Below, in pieces: positions 49,925 to 59,588 of a stretch of DNA of 64,000 nt (the stretch's first letter is position 1; every line of letters starts with the position of its first letter). The stretch covers positions 493,493 to 557,492 of the forward strand of contig OY764543.1 in NCBI GenBank assembly GCA_963668485.1. Direction: 5' to 3'. The notes below the pieces were generated by a model, which ran no database searches, had not been told where the DNA came from, and saw nothing but the letters and a program-made list of their open reading frames with translations. This DNA is from Trueperaceae bacterium. GTDB taxonomy: Bacteria; Deinococcota; Deinococci; Deinococcales; Trueperaceae. The translations under genes and the position numbers were made by a program.

Positions 49925-51001
49925 GTGGAAGGGAGTCTTTTTGTGCGTATCACCCTCATTCTCCTCACCTTGCTACTCCTCGCCGAGAGCGCCACAGCCC
50001 AGAGGCTGAAAGTGCTCACTCACGACTCGTTTGCCGTCCCTGAAGCGGTCATGGAGGCCTTTACCGCCCAAACCGGGATCGAGGTCGAGTTCCTCTCCGG
50101 GGGCGACGCTGGCGAGGCCGTGAACCGCGCCATCCTCACCCGGGCACGTCCTCTCGCCGACGTCCTCTTTGGGGTTGACAACAACCTCATAGCCCGGGCG
50201 ATCCGGGAAGGGGTCTTTGAACCCTACATGAGCCCGGCACTCGGCGGGGTTCTCGAGGCGTTGCGCTTCGACCCCAGCGGATCCGTAACCCCTGTCGACG
50301 TGGGATATGTGAACTTCAATCTGGACAGAGCCTTCTTCGAGACCAGCAGTCTTGAGCCCCCTACCGATCTTACCGACCTCACCAAGCCAGCCTTCCGGGG
50401 TCTAACGGCAGTCGAGAACCCCGCAACCAGCAGCCCCGGCCTCGCCTTCCTGCTGACCACTGTCGTCCGTTTCGGTGAGGGGGGTAGTTACGACTGGCTC
50501 GACTTCTGGGCCGACCTGCGCGCCAACGACGTACACGTCTCAGAGGGCTGGACTGAGGCCTACTACGGCGCCTTTAGCCGCTACGGCGGCGACCGTCCGG
50601 TAGTCCTCTCCTACGCCACCAGCCCGGCAGCGGAGGTCATCTTCTCCGAATCGCCGCTCAACAAGGTCCCCACGACCAACCTGTTCTGCCAGGCCTGCGC
50701 CTACCGCCAGATCGAGGCGGTAGGCATCCTTGCCGGCACCGAGCGCCGAGCAGAGGCCGAGGCCTTTATCGACTTCATGCTCAGTCCCACTTTCCAAGCC
50801 AGCATCCCCCTGAACATGTTCGTCTATCCCGCAGTGGCGAACATAGAACTCCCCGAAGCCTTCGACCTCTTCGCACCGATTCCCCAGGGCTCCGAGGTAG
50901 CTGAACTGCCGCCGGAGACCGTCGAGGCTCACCAGCAGCGCTGGCTCGAGCAGTGGACGAAGGTCGTTATGCAGGGAAGGGATCCGAGCGAGGTTCGCTA
51001 A
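49925..51001 (+). CDS. ABC transporter periplasmic substrate-binding protein (thiamine/Fe3+-binding family) with a signal peptide
   Basis: 358 aa. The N-terminal signal sequence and the ...KVLTHDSFAVPEAVMEAFTAQTGIEVEF... pattern resemble the TbpA/FbpA family. Confidence 0.65.
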   Translation: MEGSLFVRITLILLTLLLLAESATAQRLKVLTHDSFAVPEAVMEAFTAQTGIEVEFLSGGDAGEAVNRAILTRARPLADVLFGVDNNLIARAIREGVFEPYMSPALGGVLEALRFDPSGSVTPVDVGYVNFNLDRAFFETSSLEPPTDLTDLTKPAFRGLTAVENPATSSPGLAFLLTTVVRFGEGGSYDWLDFWADLRANDVHVSEGWTEAYYGAFSRYGGDRPVVLSYATSPAAEVIFSESPLNKVPTTNLFCQACAYRQIEAVGILAGTERRAEAEAFIDFMLSPTFQASIPLNMFVYPAVANIELPEAFDLFAPIPQGSEVAELPPETVEAHQQRWLEQWTKVVMQGRDPSEVR

Positions 51002-51092
51002 GCTCCCGACAGACGGGCCGTGGCAGGATGCTGCCGGAAGTCCTCAGAGACTTGCTCGACGGAATCGGCGCTAGCCCGCCCTCCGGCAGCGG

Positions 51093-51923
51093 TCAGAGGA
51101 GCGCAGTCCGGATGGCCGCGAACATCGTCTCGGTCGGCGCCGCGCGACCGAGCCAGATCTCGAACGCCTCCGCTCCCTGATATACCAGCATCGGCAGACC
51201 GTTCTGGACAACGAGCCCTGCCAACTCCGACTCTCGCAGGAGTCGGGTCCGCTCAGGTCGGTAGATCAGGTCGACCACGACCCCCTGCCGGGGCACTAGC
51301 CCGCCTGGAAGGGGCGACGCCTCGGTATCGACGCCGTGCCCCATTCCAACGGTGGTGGCGTTCACCAGGAGCTGTGCCCAGCCTAGGATGCCTTCCAGTC
51401 CGCCAGCGACCACCGGCTCGACCGGCCCGAGATGGCTGAAGATCTCCGCCAATGCCACCGCCCGAGCCGTCGTCCGGTTGTACACCGCAAGCCGTGACAC
51501 CCCGGCTCGAAGCAGGGCGACCGCCACTCCCTTGGCGGCCCCCCCGGCACCGAGCAGGAGCACCCTTGAGCCCTCAGGGTCGAAGCCGATATCGGCCAGC
51601 CCCCGGAGAAAGCCTGAACCATCGGTGTTGTGACCTATGAGGCGACCGCCACAGTTGACCACGGTGTTGACCGAACCGACGGTGTCTGCCGACCCGCTGA
51701 GCTCATCCACAAGCTGTGCTACCACAACCTTGTGGGGTACGGAGACATTGGCACCGAGGAACTCCGGTCCCCTCAACTCCTCTACTGCCCCGGGCAGCCC
51801 CTCCGGGGGAACGTCGAGCGCCTCATACCGTGCTGGGATGTCGAGGTGGAGGAAGGCGGCATTGTGCATGGTGGGACTAAGGCTGTGCCCCGCCGGGTGC
51901 GCCAACAGGATGATCCGCTTCAC
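51093..51923 (-). CDS. aroE: Shikimate dehydrogenase
   Basis: 276 aa with ...GHSLSPTMHNAAF...GANVSVPHK...NTDGSGF...LLGAGGAAKG.... Confidence 0.85.
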   Translation of the reverse strand: MKRIILLAHPAGHSLSPTMHNAAFLHLDIPARYEALDVPPEGLPGAVEELRGPEFLGANVSVPHKVVVAQLVDELSGSADTVGSVNTVVNCGGRLIGHNTDGSGFLRGLADIGFDPEGSRVLLLGAGGAAKGVAVALLRAGVSRLAVYNRTTARAVALAEIFSHLGPVEPVVAGGLEGILGWAQLLVNATTVGMGHGVDTEASPLPGGLVPRQGVVVDLIYRPERTRLLRESELAGLVVQNGLPMLVYQGAEAFEIWLGRAAPTETMFAAIRTALL

Positions 51924-52948
51924 ACCGTGGTGGTCCTCCCCTCCAGCACCCGAGTGACCGCGTCCGCCGCCATCTCGATCTCGCCGTCGCTGATCTGGTG
52001 GTGGGTGACGAAGCGGATCCGATTGGGGGCCACCGAGCCGGCCCGAACCCCCTCTCGCTCGAGGGCGGCGACGAGGCCGGGGGCGTCCGCCACAGTGGCG
52101 AAGACCATGTTGGTCTGCAACTCAGCGAGGTTCACCTCAAAGCCTGGGAGTCCCGTCAGCCGCTCACCGAGCCGGCGGGCTCGCCTGTGGTCGTCGACAA
52201 GGCGCTCTACCCCCTCGGTAACGGCCACGATCCCGGCAGCGGCGATCACGCCCGCTTGGCGCATGCCACCCCCAAGGATCTTCCGGTTCCGGTGCGCTCG
52301 CTCGATGAACTCACGGCTTCCGAGCAGGACCGTCCCAACCGGTGCGCCGAGGCCCTTGCTGAGGCAGAGTGAGGCCGAGTCGAAGGGGGCACACACCTCC
52401 GCGATATCGACCCTCAGCGCCACTGCAGCGTTGAAGGCGCGGGCGCCGTCGAGATGGATCGGCAATCCTTCGAAGCGGGCGAAATCCCCCAACTGACGCT
52501 GCACCTCCAGCGGCACCACGGTGCCTCCGGCGCTATTGTGGGTGTTCTCCAGCACGATCACCCCAGGCGGGGCATAGTGAACACTGCGCCGCACCGCCCT
52601 CCTGACTGCAGCAAGCTCCGGCACCCCTAACGGGGCCTTTACAGGTCGGGGCACTAGCCCGGCATAGATCGCCATCCCCCCCAACTCGCTATCGTAGGTG
52701 TGAGCCCCCTCCGGAACGATAACCTCGAGGCCGCGGCCAGCATGGGTTGACAGGGCCGTCAGATTGCTCATGGTACCCGAAGGCATGAGCAGGCCCGCTT
52801 CGAAGCCGGTCCGTTCAGCCATCAGGTCCTGCAGCCGGTTGACGGTGGGGTCCTCTCCGTAGACGTCGTCGCCCACTTCGGCCGCGGCCATCGCGCGACG
52901 CATCGAGGGTGTGGGCCGGGTAATGGTGTCAGATCGCAGGTCGATCAT
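51920..52948 (-). CDS. ltaE: Low-specificity L-threonine aldolase
   Basis: 342 aa with ...IDLRSDTITRPT...GDDVYGEDPTVNRL...GTMSN...; the PLP-binding Lys context ...CLSKGLGAPVG... is present. Confidence 0.8.
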   Translation of the reverse strand: MIDLRSDTITRPTPSMRRAMAAAEVGDDVYGEDPTVNRLQDLMAERTGFEAGLLMPSGTMSNLTALSTHAGRGLEVIVPEGAHTYDSELGGMAIYAGLVPRPVKAPLGVPELAAVRRAVRRSVHYAPPGVIVLENTHNSAGGTVVPLEVQRQLGDFARFEGLPIHLDGARAFNAAVALRVDIAEVCAPFDSASLCLSKGLGAPVGTVLLGSREFIERAHRNRKILGGGMRQAGVIAAAGIVAVTEGVERLVDDHRRARRLGERLTGLPGFEVNLAELQTNMVFATVADAPGLVAALEREGVRAGSVAPNRIRFVTHHQISDGEIEMAADAVTRVLEGRTTTV

Positions 52949-53003
52949 GTCCTAGAGAATAGCGAACGACAGCCCAACTGGTGGGCGATTGGGAGGCGCC
53001 GGA

Positions 53004-53960
53004 CTAGAGACCGAACCACTCCCGGTAGCTGCACAGATCGGCCAGCGAAACGTTGCCTCCACAGACCAGCAGGACGAGGTGATCGTCGGGGCCGAAGCGG
53101 GAGGCCAAGCGTCTAGCCGCGGCCAGGGTGCTCCCGGTCGCAAGCTCGGTGACTAGCTTGGCCCGCTCCAGGAACCACCCGACAGCTGCAAAGGCCTCGG
53201 CGTCCGAGATGGTGAGGACCTCCTCAACGTGGTCGCGAACCTGTTCGAAGGCGAACTGCGAGGTGAAGGGGGCGCCCAGGGTGCGTGCCAGCGAGGTAGG
53301 GGTCATCTCCACCGGCTCACCGGCGCGGAGCGACCGAGCCATTACGTCGGCCCCCTCGGTCTCGACCCCCCAGACCCGAACAGCTGGCTTGATCCCCTTG
53401 AGGGCGGTGACCACCCCGGAGATCAGGCCACCCCCACCGATGCTGACGATCACGTCGGTAGTCTCGGGGAGATCCTCGAGGATCTCGAGTCCCACGGTGC
53501 CGTTGCCCGCCATCATCTCGGGGTGGGCGAAGGGATCGATATAGCTCCAGCCCTCCCCTTCGAACCGGCGGGCCTGTTCGAACGCCTCGGCGATGGAGGG
53601 GCTGAAGAAGACCTCAGCACCGTAGCTGCGGGTCGCCTCGACATAGTTGACGGGGGTCCCCTCGGCCATGCAGATCCGGACCGGTATCCCCAACTCGCGG
53701 CCCGCGTAGGAGGCCCCCTGGGCGAAGTTGCCCCCGCTCACGCCGACGACTCCGCTCCGGCGCTCCGCTTCGCCCAGGACGAGGATCTGGTTTATTGCGC
53801 CCCGCGACTTGAAGGAGCCGGTCTTCTGGAACAGCTCGAGCTTGAGGTGGATGCTGGTGCCGAACCGGTCGCTCAAAGTGCTGTTCCGCTCCAGCCGGGT
53901 ACGGCGCACATAGGGGGCGATGCGGCTCTGGGCAGACCTCACCATCTCCAGGGTGAGCAC
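53004..53960 (-). CDS. PLP-dependent threonine/serine dehydratase-like enzyme (tryptophan-synthase beta superfamily)
   Basis: 318 aa with ...LKLELFQKTGSFKSRGA...VSGGNFAQGASYA.... Confidence 0.75.
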   Translation of the reverse strand: MLTLEMVRSAQSRIAPYVRRTRLERNSTLSDRFGTSIHLKLELFQKTGSFKSRGAINQILVLGEAERRSGVVGVSGGNFAQGASYAGRELGIPVRICMAEGTPVNYVEATRSYGAEVFFSPSIAEAFEQARRFEGEGWSYIDPFAHPEMMAGNGTVGLEILEDLPETTDVIVSIGGGGLISGVVTALKGIKPAVRVWGVETEGADVMARSLRAGEPVEMTPTSLARTLGAPFTSQFAFEQVRDHVEEVLTISDAEAFAAVGWFLERAKLVTELATGSTLAAARRLASRFGPDDHLVLLVCGGNVSLADLCSYREWFGL

Positions 53961-53989
53961 GGTCTTCCTCCCTCAGTTGGCGTTCCAGG

Positions 53990-55390
53990 TCAGGATACCC
54001 CCAGGGGCCGGGCCACGCTACCGACAGCAGGTTCGTCCCACGCTCGGAGGCCAGCGACCCTGAGCCACGCTTCGAACGCCTCGAGTCCCCGCCGGTACAT
54101 CTCCATCCGGCGCTCCTTGCGGCTGCTACCCCTAGCCTTCGGGACGGCCGGAACCAGACCCCAGTTGGCGTTCATGGGCTGGAAGTTGTCGGCCTTCGCC
54201 GTGGTCAGGAACCGTACCAGGCCACCGAGCATGCTCTCCTCGGGGGGGAGGAGCAGAGGCTTTTTGAGGGCATGCCGGGCCGCATTGACTCCGGCCAGCC
54301 AGCCGGTCGCACTCGATTCCAGGTAGCCCTCGGTGCCGGCGAGCACTCCGGCAACGAATAGTCTCGGGTGGGCCCGGAGGTTCAGCTCGGGGCTTAGCAG
54401 GGTGGGAGCGTTGAGGTAGGTGTTCCGGTGCATCACACCGTAGCGGACGATCTCGGCCTGCTCGAGGCCGGGCACCAGGCGAAGCACCCCCTTCTGATCT
54501 CCCCACTTGAGCCCGGTCTGAAAGCCCACCAGACTCCAGAGCCTCCCGTCCACATCCTCCTGGCGGAGCTGCGCCACTGCGAAGAAACGCTCGCCGGTCT
54601 CCGGGTGCTCGAGGCCGACCGGCTTCATCGGCCCGAACCTCGGGGTGTCGTAGCCTCGACGGGCCAACTCCTCGATCGGCAGACAGCCTTCGAAGAACTC
54701 GATCTTCTCCCAGTCGTGAGGCAGGTGCTTCCGAGCCTGGACCAGCGCCTCGAAGAAGCGGTCGTATTGCTCGCGACTGAAGGGGAGATTGAGGTAGTCG
54801 GCCGTCTGGCCGTAGCGGCCCTTACGGTAGGCGACGGCCAGGTCGATCGACTCTCCCTCGATCACCGGGGCAGCGGCGTCGTAGAAGCCTAGGAGATCCT
54901 GGCCGACCAGTCCCTGGAGCGCCTCAGCTAGCGCGTCCGAGGTCAGTGGCCCCGAGGCGATCACCACGGTGCCGTCTGGAATGCGGGTCAGTTCACCGCG
55001 GTGAACAGCGATCTCCGGACGGCTCAGCAGGGTGTCTGTCACCCGCCGGCTGAAGAGTTCGCGATCCACCGCCAGCGCCCCACCTGCGGGCACCCGCGAG
55101 GTGTTGGCGCTGCCGATTACGAGCCCCCCCGCTGCCAGCATCTCAGCCTGCAGGAGCCCCTTGGCATTGGCTCGACCCGCACCGCCGAAGCTGTTCGAGC
55201 AGACCAACTCGGCGAAGCGGTCGGTGCGGTGTGCCGGGGTCATCCGCCGGGGCCGCATTTCGTAGAGGTCTACTCCGACCCCGAGGTTGGCCGCCGCGAG
55301 GGCCGCGTCCGAGCCTGCCATCCCAGCACCGATCACGGCGATGCGGGGTGCGGATCCGGTCATGGCAACAGTGTAGCAGGTGGCCCTCAC
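53990..55390 (-). CDS. trmFO: Methylenetetrahydrofolate--tRNA-(uracil54-C5)-methyltransferase TrmFO
   Basis: 466 aa with the FAD-binding start ...IAVIGAGMAGSDAA... and ...ELVCSNSFGG.... Confidence 0.85.
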   Translation of the reverse strand: MRATCYTVAMTGSAPRIAVIGAGMAGSDAALAAANLGVGVDLYEMRPRRMTPAHRTDRFAELVCSNSFGGAGRANAKGLLQAEMLAAGGLVIGSANTSRVPAGGALAVDRELFSRRVTDTLLSRPEIAVHRGELTRIPDGTVVIASGPLTSDALAEALQGLVGQDLLGFYDAAAPVIEGESIDLAVAYRKGRYGQTADYLNLPFSREQYDRFFEALVQARKHLPHDWEKIEFFEGCLPIEELARRGYDTPRFGPMKPVGLEHPETGERFFAVAQLRQEDVDGRLWSLVGFQTGLKWGDQKGVLRLVPGLEQAEIVRYGVMHRNTYLNAPTLLSPELNLRAHPRLFVAGVLAGTEGYLESSATGWLAGVNAARHALKKPLLLPPEESMLGGLVRFLTTAKADNFQPMNANWGLVPAVPKARGSSRKERRMEMYRRGLEAFEAWLRVAGLRAWDEPAVGSVARPLGVS

Positions 55391-55420
55391 GCCAGCTTCC
55401 AGCGGGGTACCCTCCCCCCC

Positions 55421-56290
55421 TCAGATCTCAAACCAGTTCTCGACCTCGCGCTCGACCTCCTCCGGGGTGTAGTTGCGCTCGAGATAGGCCAAGGTGTCGG
55501 CCACCTCCTGCGGGGAGGCGACGAGCTCTCCTGCGATCCCGGTCAGATCGTAGACCGACCCCTTCGCCTGAAAGAGCTCATCGACCTCAAGGATCTCGAC
55601 ATTGCGGTGCCGAAGGAGGTGGCGATACACCCCCGCATAGACCTCGGGGGTGTAGGGCGCTTCCCCTTCCACCGCAGCCTGGGCAAGACCCAGGGTTTCG
55701 CCGAGCCGGTGAAGCTCTCGGCTCAGCAGCTGGATCACCCCAGGCGGTGCGTCGGCCGCCTCACGCTCATGGCGCGGGTCGGCGATGGTCCCTGCCCGAA
55801 CGTCTTCGATCTCGCTGCGAATCCGCCGCGACGGCACCACGACGACAACCAGCGTCTCCTCACCGGCGAGGAGAGGCTCGGCCTCATCTGCCCGCACCTG
55901 GGCAAGCTCCACCAACCGGTTGCCGATCAGGGGGATCTCGCCGATCAGGATAGCGTCGTCGGCCTGGCGGAGATGCCAGGCGGCAACGGCTCCCCGTGCC
56001 CACAGGCCGACGCCCTTGCGAATCGCCGCGTGGGTCACCCCATTAGTCTCCGGGTAGCGGGCGAGAAGATCCGGGGTCTCGAAGGCGCCGCGAGTTACGT
56101 CCCACTGGAACAGGTGCACGTCACGGCCGGCCTCCCCGGCCAGCAGCGCCAACTGCTTCAGCAGCAGGCTCTTGCCGACCCCCGGCAGACCGGCAAACAG
56201 CACAATGCGCCACCAGACCAGCGCCGCCAGAGCGGAATAGACCGAGCTGTCGGGCGGGACGATCTCTTCTCTCGGCATACAACCCCTCAC
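55421..56290 (-). CDS. Uncharacterised P-loop NTPase/AAA-domain protein
   Basis: 289 aa; Walker A ...FAGLPGVGKSLL.... No further family assignment is possible by eye. Its start abuts the stop of the TPP-enzyme gene. Confidence 0.45.
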   Translation of the reverse strand: MRGCMPREEIVPPDSSVYSALAALVWWRIVLFAGLPGVGKSLLLKQLALLAGEAGRDVHLFQWDVTRGAFETPDLLARYPETNGVTHAAIRKGVGLWARGAVAAWHLRQADDAILIGEIPLIGNRLVELAQVRADEAEPLLAGEETLVVVVVPSRRIRSEIEDVRAGTIADPRHEREAADAPPGVIQLLSRELHRLGETLGLAQAAVEGEAPYTPEVYAGVYRHLLRHRNVEILEVDELFQAKGSVYDLTGIAGELVASPQEVADTLAYLERNYTPEEVEREVENWFEI

Positions 56291-56292
56291 TT

Positions 56293-57900
56293 TCAGCGGA
56301 ATCGGTCGATGCTCGGCATCTCCCCCACCGGGACCTCGATCAGGGTAGGGCCGTCGGCGCTCAGCCCCCGACGAAGCGCCTGCCGCAGGTCGGCAGGCGC
56401 CTCTGCCCGGATCCCCAGAGCCCCGAAGGCTGCGGCCAATTCGATGAAGTCGGGGTTACGGAGATCGGTGGCGATCACCCTGTTCTCGTAGAGGCTCTTC
56501 TGCATCATCTGCACGTTGCCGTATCGGTTGTCGTTGAAGAGAATCGTGACCATCGGTACACCCTGCTGCACCGCCGTCGCCAGCTCCTGAACCCCGAACA
56601 GGAAGCCGCCGTCACCCGCGACCGACACTACCGGCACCTCGGGCCGCGCGAGCTTCACACCGATGGCGGTGGAGAAACCATAGCCCAGTGTCCCCAGGTA
56701 ACCGGTCGAGATGAAGGTCTTAGGCCGGTACACGGGAAAGGCGATCCGGCTTACGTACCCGACCTGCGTGAGTTCGTCCACGAAGATCCCATCCTCCCCC
56801 AACTCCTCGCGAATGACCTTCAGGAAAGAGAGCTGTGGCTCGAGTCCCGCCACCTCCCAGGCCCACCAGGCCCTCAGCTCGAGTAACTCCTCCTCGCGCG
56901 AGGGCCGGGTCCGGTTGTAGCGCTCGAGGGCGCCGAGCAGGACCGGGAGCGCCTCTTCTGCCCGGGCGGTGATGGCGATATCGGGGAGCGTCAGGAGCTG
57001 ATGGCTGGCGGGATCGACATCGATGCGGACCAGCCGTGGTCGCTGGTCACGGGCCCACCGCTGGAGCGGCACTCGCATGGTAGTGCCGACGGCCAGCACC
57101 ACGTCGGAGCGCTGCCAGTACCTCCGTGCCGGCGGCTGATACAGGCTGAGGTAGTGGCGACTGTCCACAACTCCCCGGCCGGTACGGTAGCCCACGACCG
57201 GGGCCTGAAGGGCCTCGGCCAACTCCGTCACCTCAACCCCGACCCCCTGAGCGCCGCCGCCGACGAAGATCATGGGGGCCTCGGCCTGGCCCAGCAGCTT
57301 CGCAGCCTCCTCGACCGCCCCCCCATCCACCGGCGGAGCGTGGTGAGGGAGGATGGGGGGACCTGGGACGACGGCGGTTCGCCGCTCGAGCACGTCCATG
57401 GGAATCTCCAAGCCGACGGGACGGGGACGGTCCGAGTGGAGCTGCCAGAACGCCTCCGCCACCCTCGTAGCGGCCTCCGAAGGGTTGATGACGCGCTCCG
57501 CCCACTTGGTCAGCGAACGCAGCATACTCAGCTGGTCGGGGATCTCGTGCAGGATCCCGAGACCCCGTCCGATCGAAGTCGACGGGATCTGGCCGACCAG
57601 GAGCAGCACCTTGGCGTTCAACCCATAGGCGGTCGCTAGGGCGGCCGAGGCGTTGAGGAAACCGGGGCCCGGCACCACGCTACAGACGCCCACCCCACCC
57701 CCCGCCTGGGCGTAGCCGAGCGCCATATAGGCCGCCCCCTGCTCGTGGCGGGAGTGGACGACCCGGATGGCGTCGCCGGCATCGAAGAGGGCGTTGTAGA
57801 GCCAGTCGTTCTGGATCCCGGGGAGGCCGAAGAGGGTGTCCACGTCGTGGGCGAGGAGCCCCCGGACCACGGCCTCACCACCGGTCAGCACCTCCACCAC
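56293..57900 (-). CDS. Thiamine-pyrophosphate-dependent enzyme of the acetolactate-synthase/benzoylformate-decarboxylase superfamily
   Basis: 535 aa with the N-terminal Pyr domain (...GGEAVVRGLLAHDVDTLFGLPG...) and the C-terminal TPP-binding ...SVAGDGGFLFGVQELATA...NDNRYG.... Confidence 0.75.
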   Translation of the reverse strand: MVEVLTGGEAVVRGLLAHDVDTLFGLPGIQNDWLYNALFDAGDAIRVVHSRHEQGAAYMALGYAQAGGGVGVCSVVPGPGFLNASAALATAYGLNAKVLLLVGQIPSTSIGRGLGILHEIPDQLSMLRSLTKWAERVINPSEAATRVAEAFWQLHSDRPRPVGLEIPMDVLERRTAVVPGPPILPHHAPPVDGGAVEEAAKLLGQAEAPMIFVGGGAQGVGVEVTELAEALQAPVVGYRTGRGVVDSRHYLSLYQPPARRYWQRSDVVLAVGTTMRVPLQRWARDQRPRLVRIDVDPASHQLLTLPDIAITARAEEALPVLLGALERYNRTRPSREEELLELRAWWAWEVAGLEPQLSFLKVIREELGEDGIFVDELTQVGYVSRIAFPVYRPKTFISTGYLGTLGYGFSTAIGVKLARPEVPVVSVAGDGGFLFGVQELATAVQQGVPMVTILFNDNRYGNVQMMQKSLYENRVIATDLRNPDFIELAAAFGALGIRAEAPADLRQALRRGLSADGPTLIEVPVGEMPSIDRFR

Positions 57901-58103
57901 CCTCTCATCTCCATTCGAGCCTGCTCACGGCGGTTCGGAGGTAGCCAAGCGGGCCGTGGGCCGCTGCCAGCACCGACCGGAGTCGTCCCCGAGGGTATCG
58001 GTACCCGTGGCGACCGGCAAGGGGCCGGGATCCCCGGTAGCGGAATGGAGTTCGGTCACTCCCTACCTCCGGGGGAAAGAGGGCACAGCAGAGGATGGGG
58101 GCC

Positions 58104-59579
58104 TCACCCCCCAGCGTAGGGGACATCTCCCACCTCCTGCTGAAGCCGGTGAAGCTCGGCGGTTAGGTCTGCGGCGAGCGCAGAGTGGGCGGGGTCGTGG
58201 TAGAGGTTGCGAAGCTCCCCCGGGTCGGCCGAGAGGTCGAAGAGTTCCCACTCCGGCTCCTCAGGTTCGCCCACCGAGCCTGCCGTGCCCAGCGGATCGG
58301 CGTAGTAGTAGATCAGCTTGTGGCGGTGGGTCCGCAGGCCGTAGTGGGCCCAGACATTGTGGTGCGCCCCGTGCATCCAGTAGCGGTAGTACAGGGCCTC
58401 ACGCCAGTCTGCAGGGCGCTCACCCTGCAGGAGCGGCCGGAACGACCGGCCCTGCATGTCAGCCGGTACCTGCACCCCGGCGAGGTCGAGGAAGGTCTCC
58501 GGGAAGTCGACGTTGAGGATCATCCCCTCATGCACCGAGCCCGGTTCGATCTCGCGGGGGTAGCGGATGACGAACGGCATGCGCAGCGACTCCTCGTACA
58601 TGAAGCGCTTATCGTACCAGCCGTGATCGCCGAGGAAGAAGCCCTGGTCCGAGGTGTAGACCACGACCGTCTCTTCTACGATCCCCTCCTCCTCCAGAAA
58701 GTCGAGTAGCCGCCCAACACCGTCGTCGACCGAGGCGACGCAGCGCAGATAGTCCTTGATGTAACGCTGGTACAACCAGCGCTTGCGCTCGGCAGGCGAA
58801 TCGAATTCGACCGGCCCCCCAGCGATCGGGATCAGGGACGAACGCTCTCCCTGGGGCGGGATCAGCCGGGCGTTCGGCGCTATAGGGTCGGGCGGGACAA
58901 CCTTGACGTCTTCAGCGATGAAGTCGCGCTCGATACGCATCATGGCCGCCGCTGCGGCCCCGGCGCGCCCCTGATAGTCGTCTAACGTCGCCGGGTAGGG
59001 GATCTCCTCATCCCGGTCGGGTTGGGAATGGGCCTCACTAGGCTCCCAGGGTCGGTGCGGGGCCTTGTGATGGCACATCAGCAGGAAGGGTCGGTCTGGA
59101 TCACGGTCCTGCAGCCACTGCAGCAAGATGTCGGTGATCCGGTCGGTCGCGTAACCGGAGACGACCTGCTCGCGCCCCTGCTCGATCATGACCGGGTCGC
59201 AGTAGCGGCCCTGACCGGGCAGGATATTCCAGTAGTCGAAGCCGGTGGGCCAGTGCTCTGGCCCCTGACCGAGGTGCCACTTCCCGACGATCGCCGTCTG
59301 GTAGCCGGCCTGCCTGAGCAACTTCGGGAAGGTCTGAAGCCGATTGTCCATCGGTGTGTCCAGCGTGGTGACGCCGTCGACGTGGCTATAGGTCCCAGTA
59401 AGGATCGTGGCGCGACTAGGGGTGCAGATCGAGTTGGTACAGAAGCAGTTGTCGAACCGCATCCCCCCCGTGGCGATCCGGTCGATCTGGGGAGTGCGGT
59501 TGATGCGACTGCCGTAGCAGCCCAGTGCGTGGGCGGCGTGATCGTCGGACATGATGAACAGGATGTTGGGGGGGGTCAA
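58104..59579 (-). CDS. Cys-type sulfatase (arylsulfatase family), intact
   Basis: 491 aa with ...NILFIMSDDHA... and the formylglycine target motif CTPSRATILTG. Confidence 0.8.
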   Translation of the reverse strand: MTPPNILFIMSDDHAAHALGCYGSRINRTPQIDRIATGGMRFDNCFCTNSICTPSRATILTGTYSHVDGVTTLDTPMDNRLQTFPKLLRQAGYQTAIVGKWHLGQGPEHWPTGFDYWNILPGQGRYCDPVMIEQGREQVVSGYATDRITDILLQWLQDRDPDRPFLLMCHHKAPHRPWEPSEAHSQPDRDEEIPYPATLDDYQGRAGAAAAAMMRIERDFIAEDVKVVPPDPIAPNARLIPPQGERSSLIPIAGGPVEFDSPAERKRWLYQRYIKDYLRCVASVDDGVGRLLDFLEEEGIVEETVVVYTSDQGFFLGDHGWYDKRFMYEESLRMPFVIRYPREIEPGSVHEGMILNVDFPETFLDLAGVQVPADMQGRSFRPLLQGERPADWREALYYRYWMHGAHHNVWAHYGLRTHRHKLIYYYADPLGTAGSVGEPEEPEWELFDLSADPGELRNLYHDPAHSALAADLTAELHRLQQEVGDVPYAGG

Positions 59580-59588
59580 AGCTCCTCC

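Noticed and set aside
57901-58103. Possible TPP riboswitch in the 200-nt GC-rich leader of the TPP-dependent enzyme gene
   Set aside because: No THI-box elements (CUGAGA, ACCUGAUCUGGAUAAUGCCAGCG) could be found on the coding strand. There is only a chance GCTGGCAGCGG.
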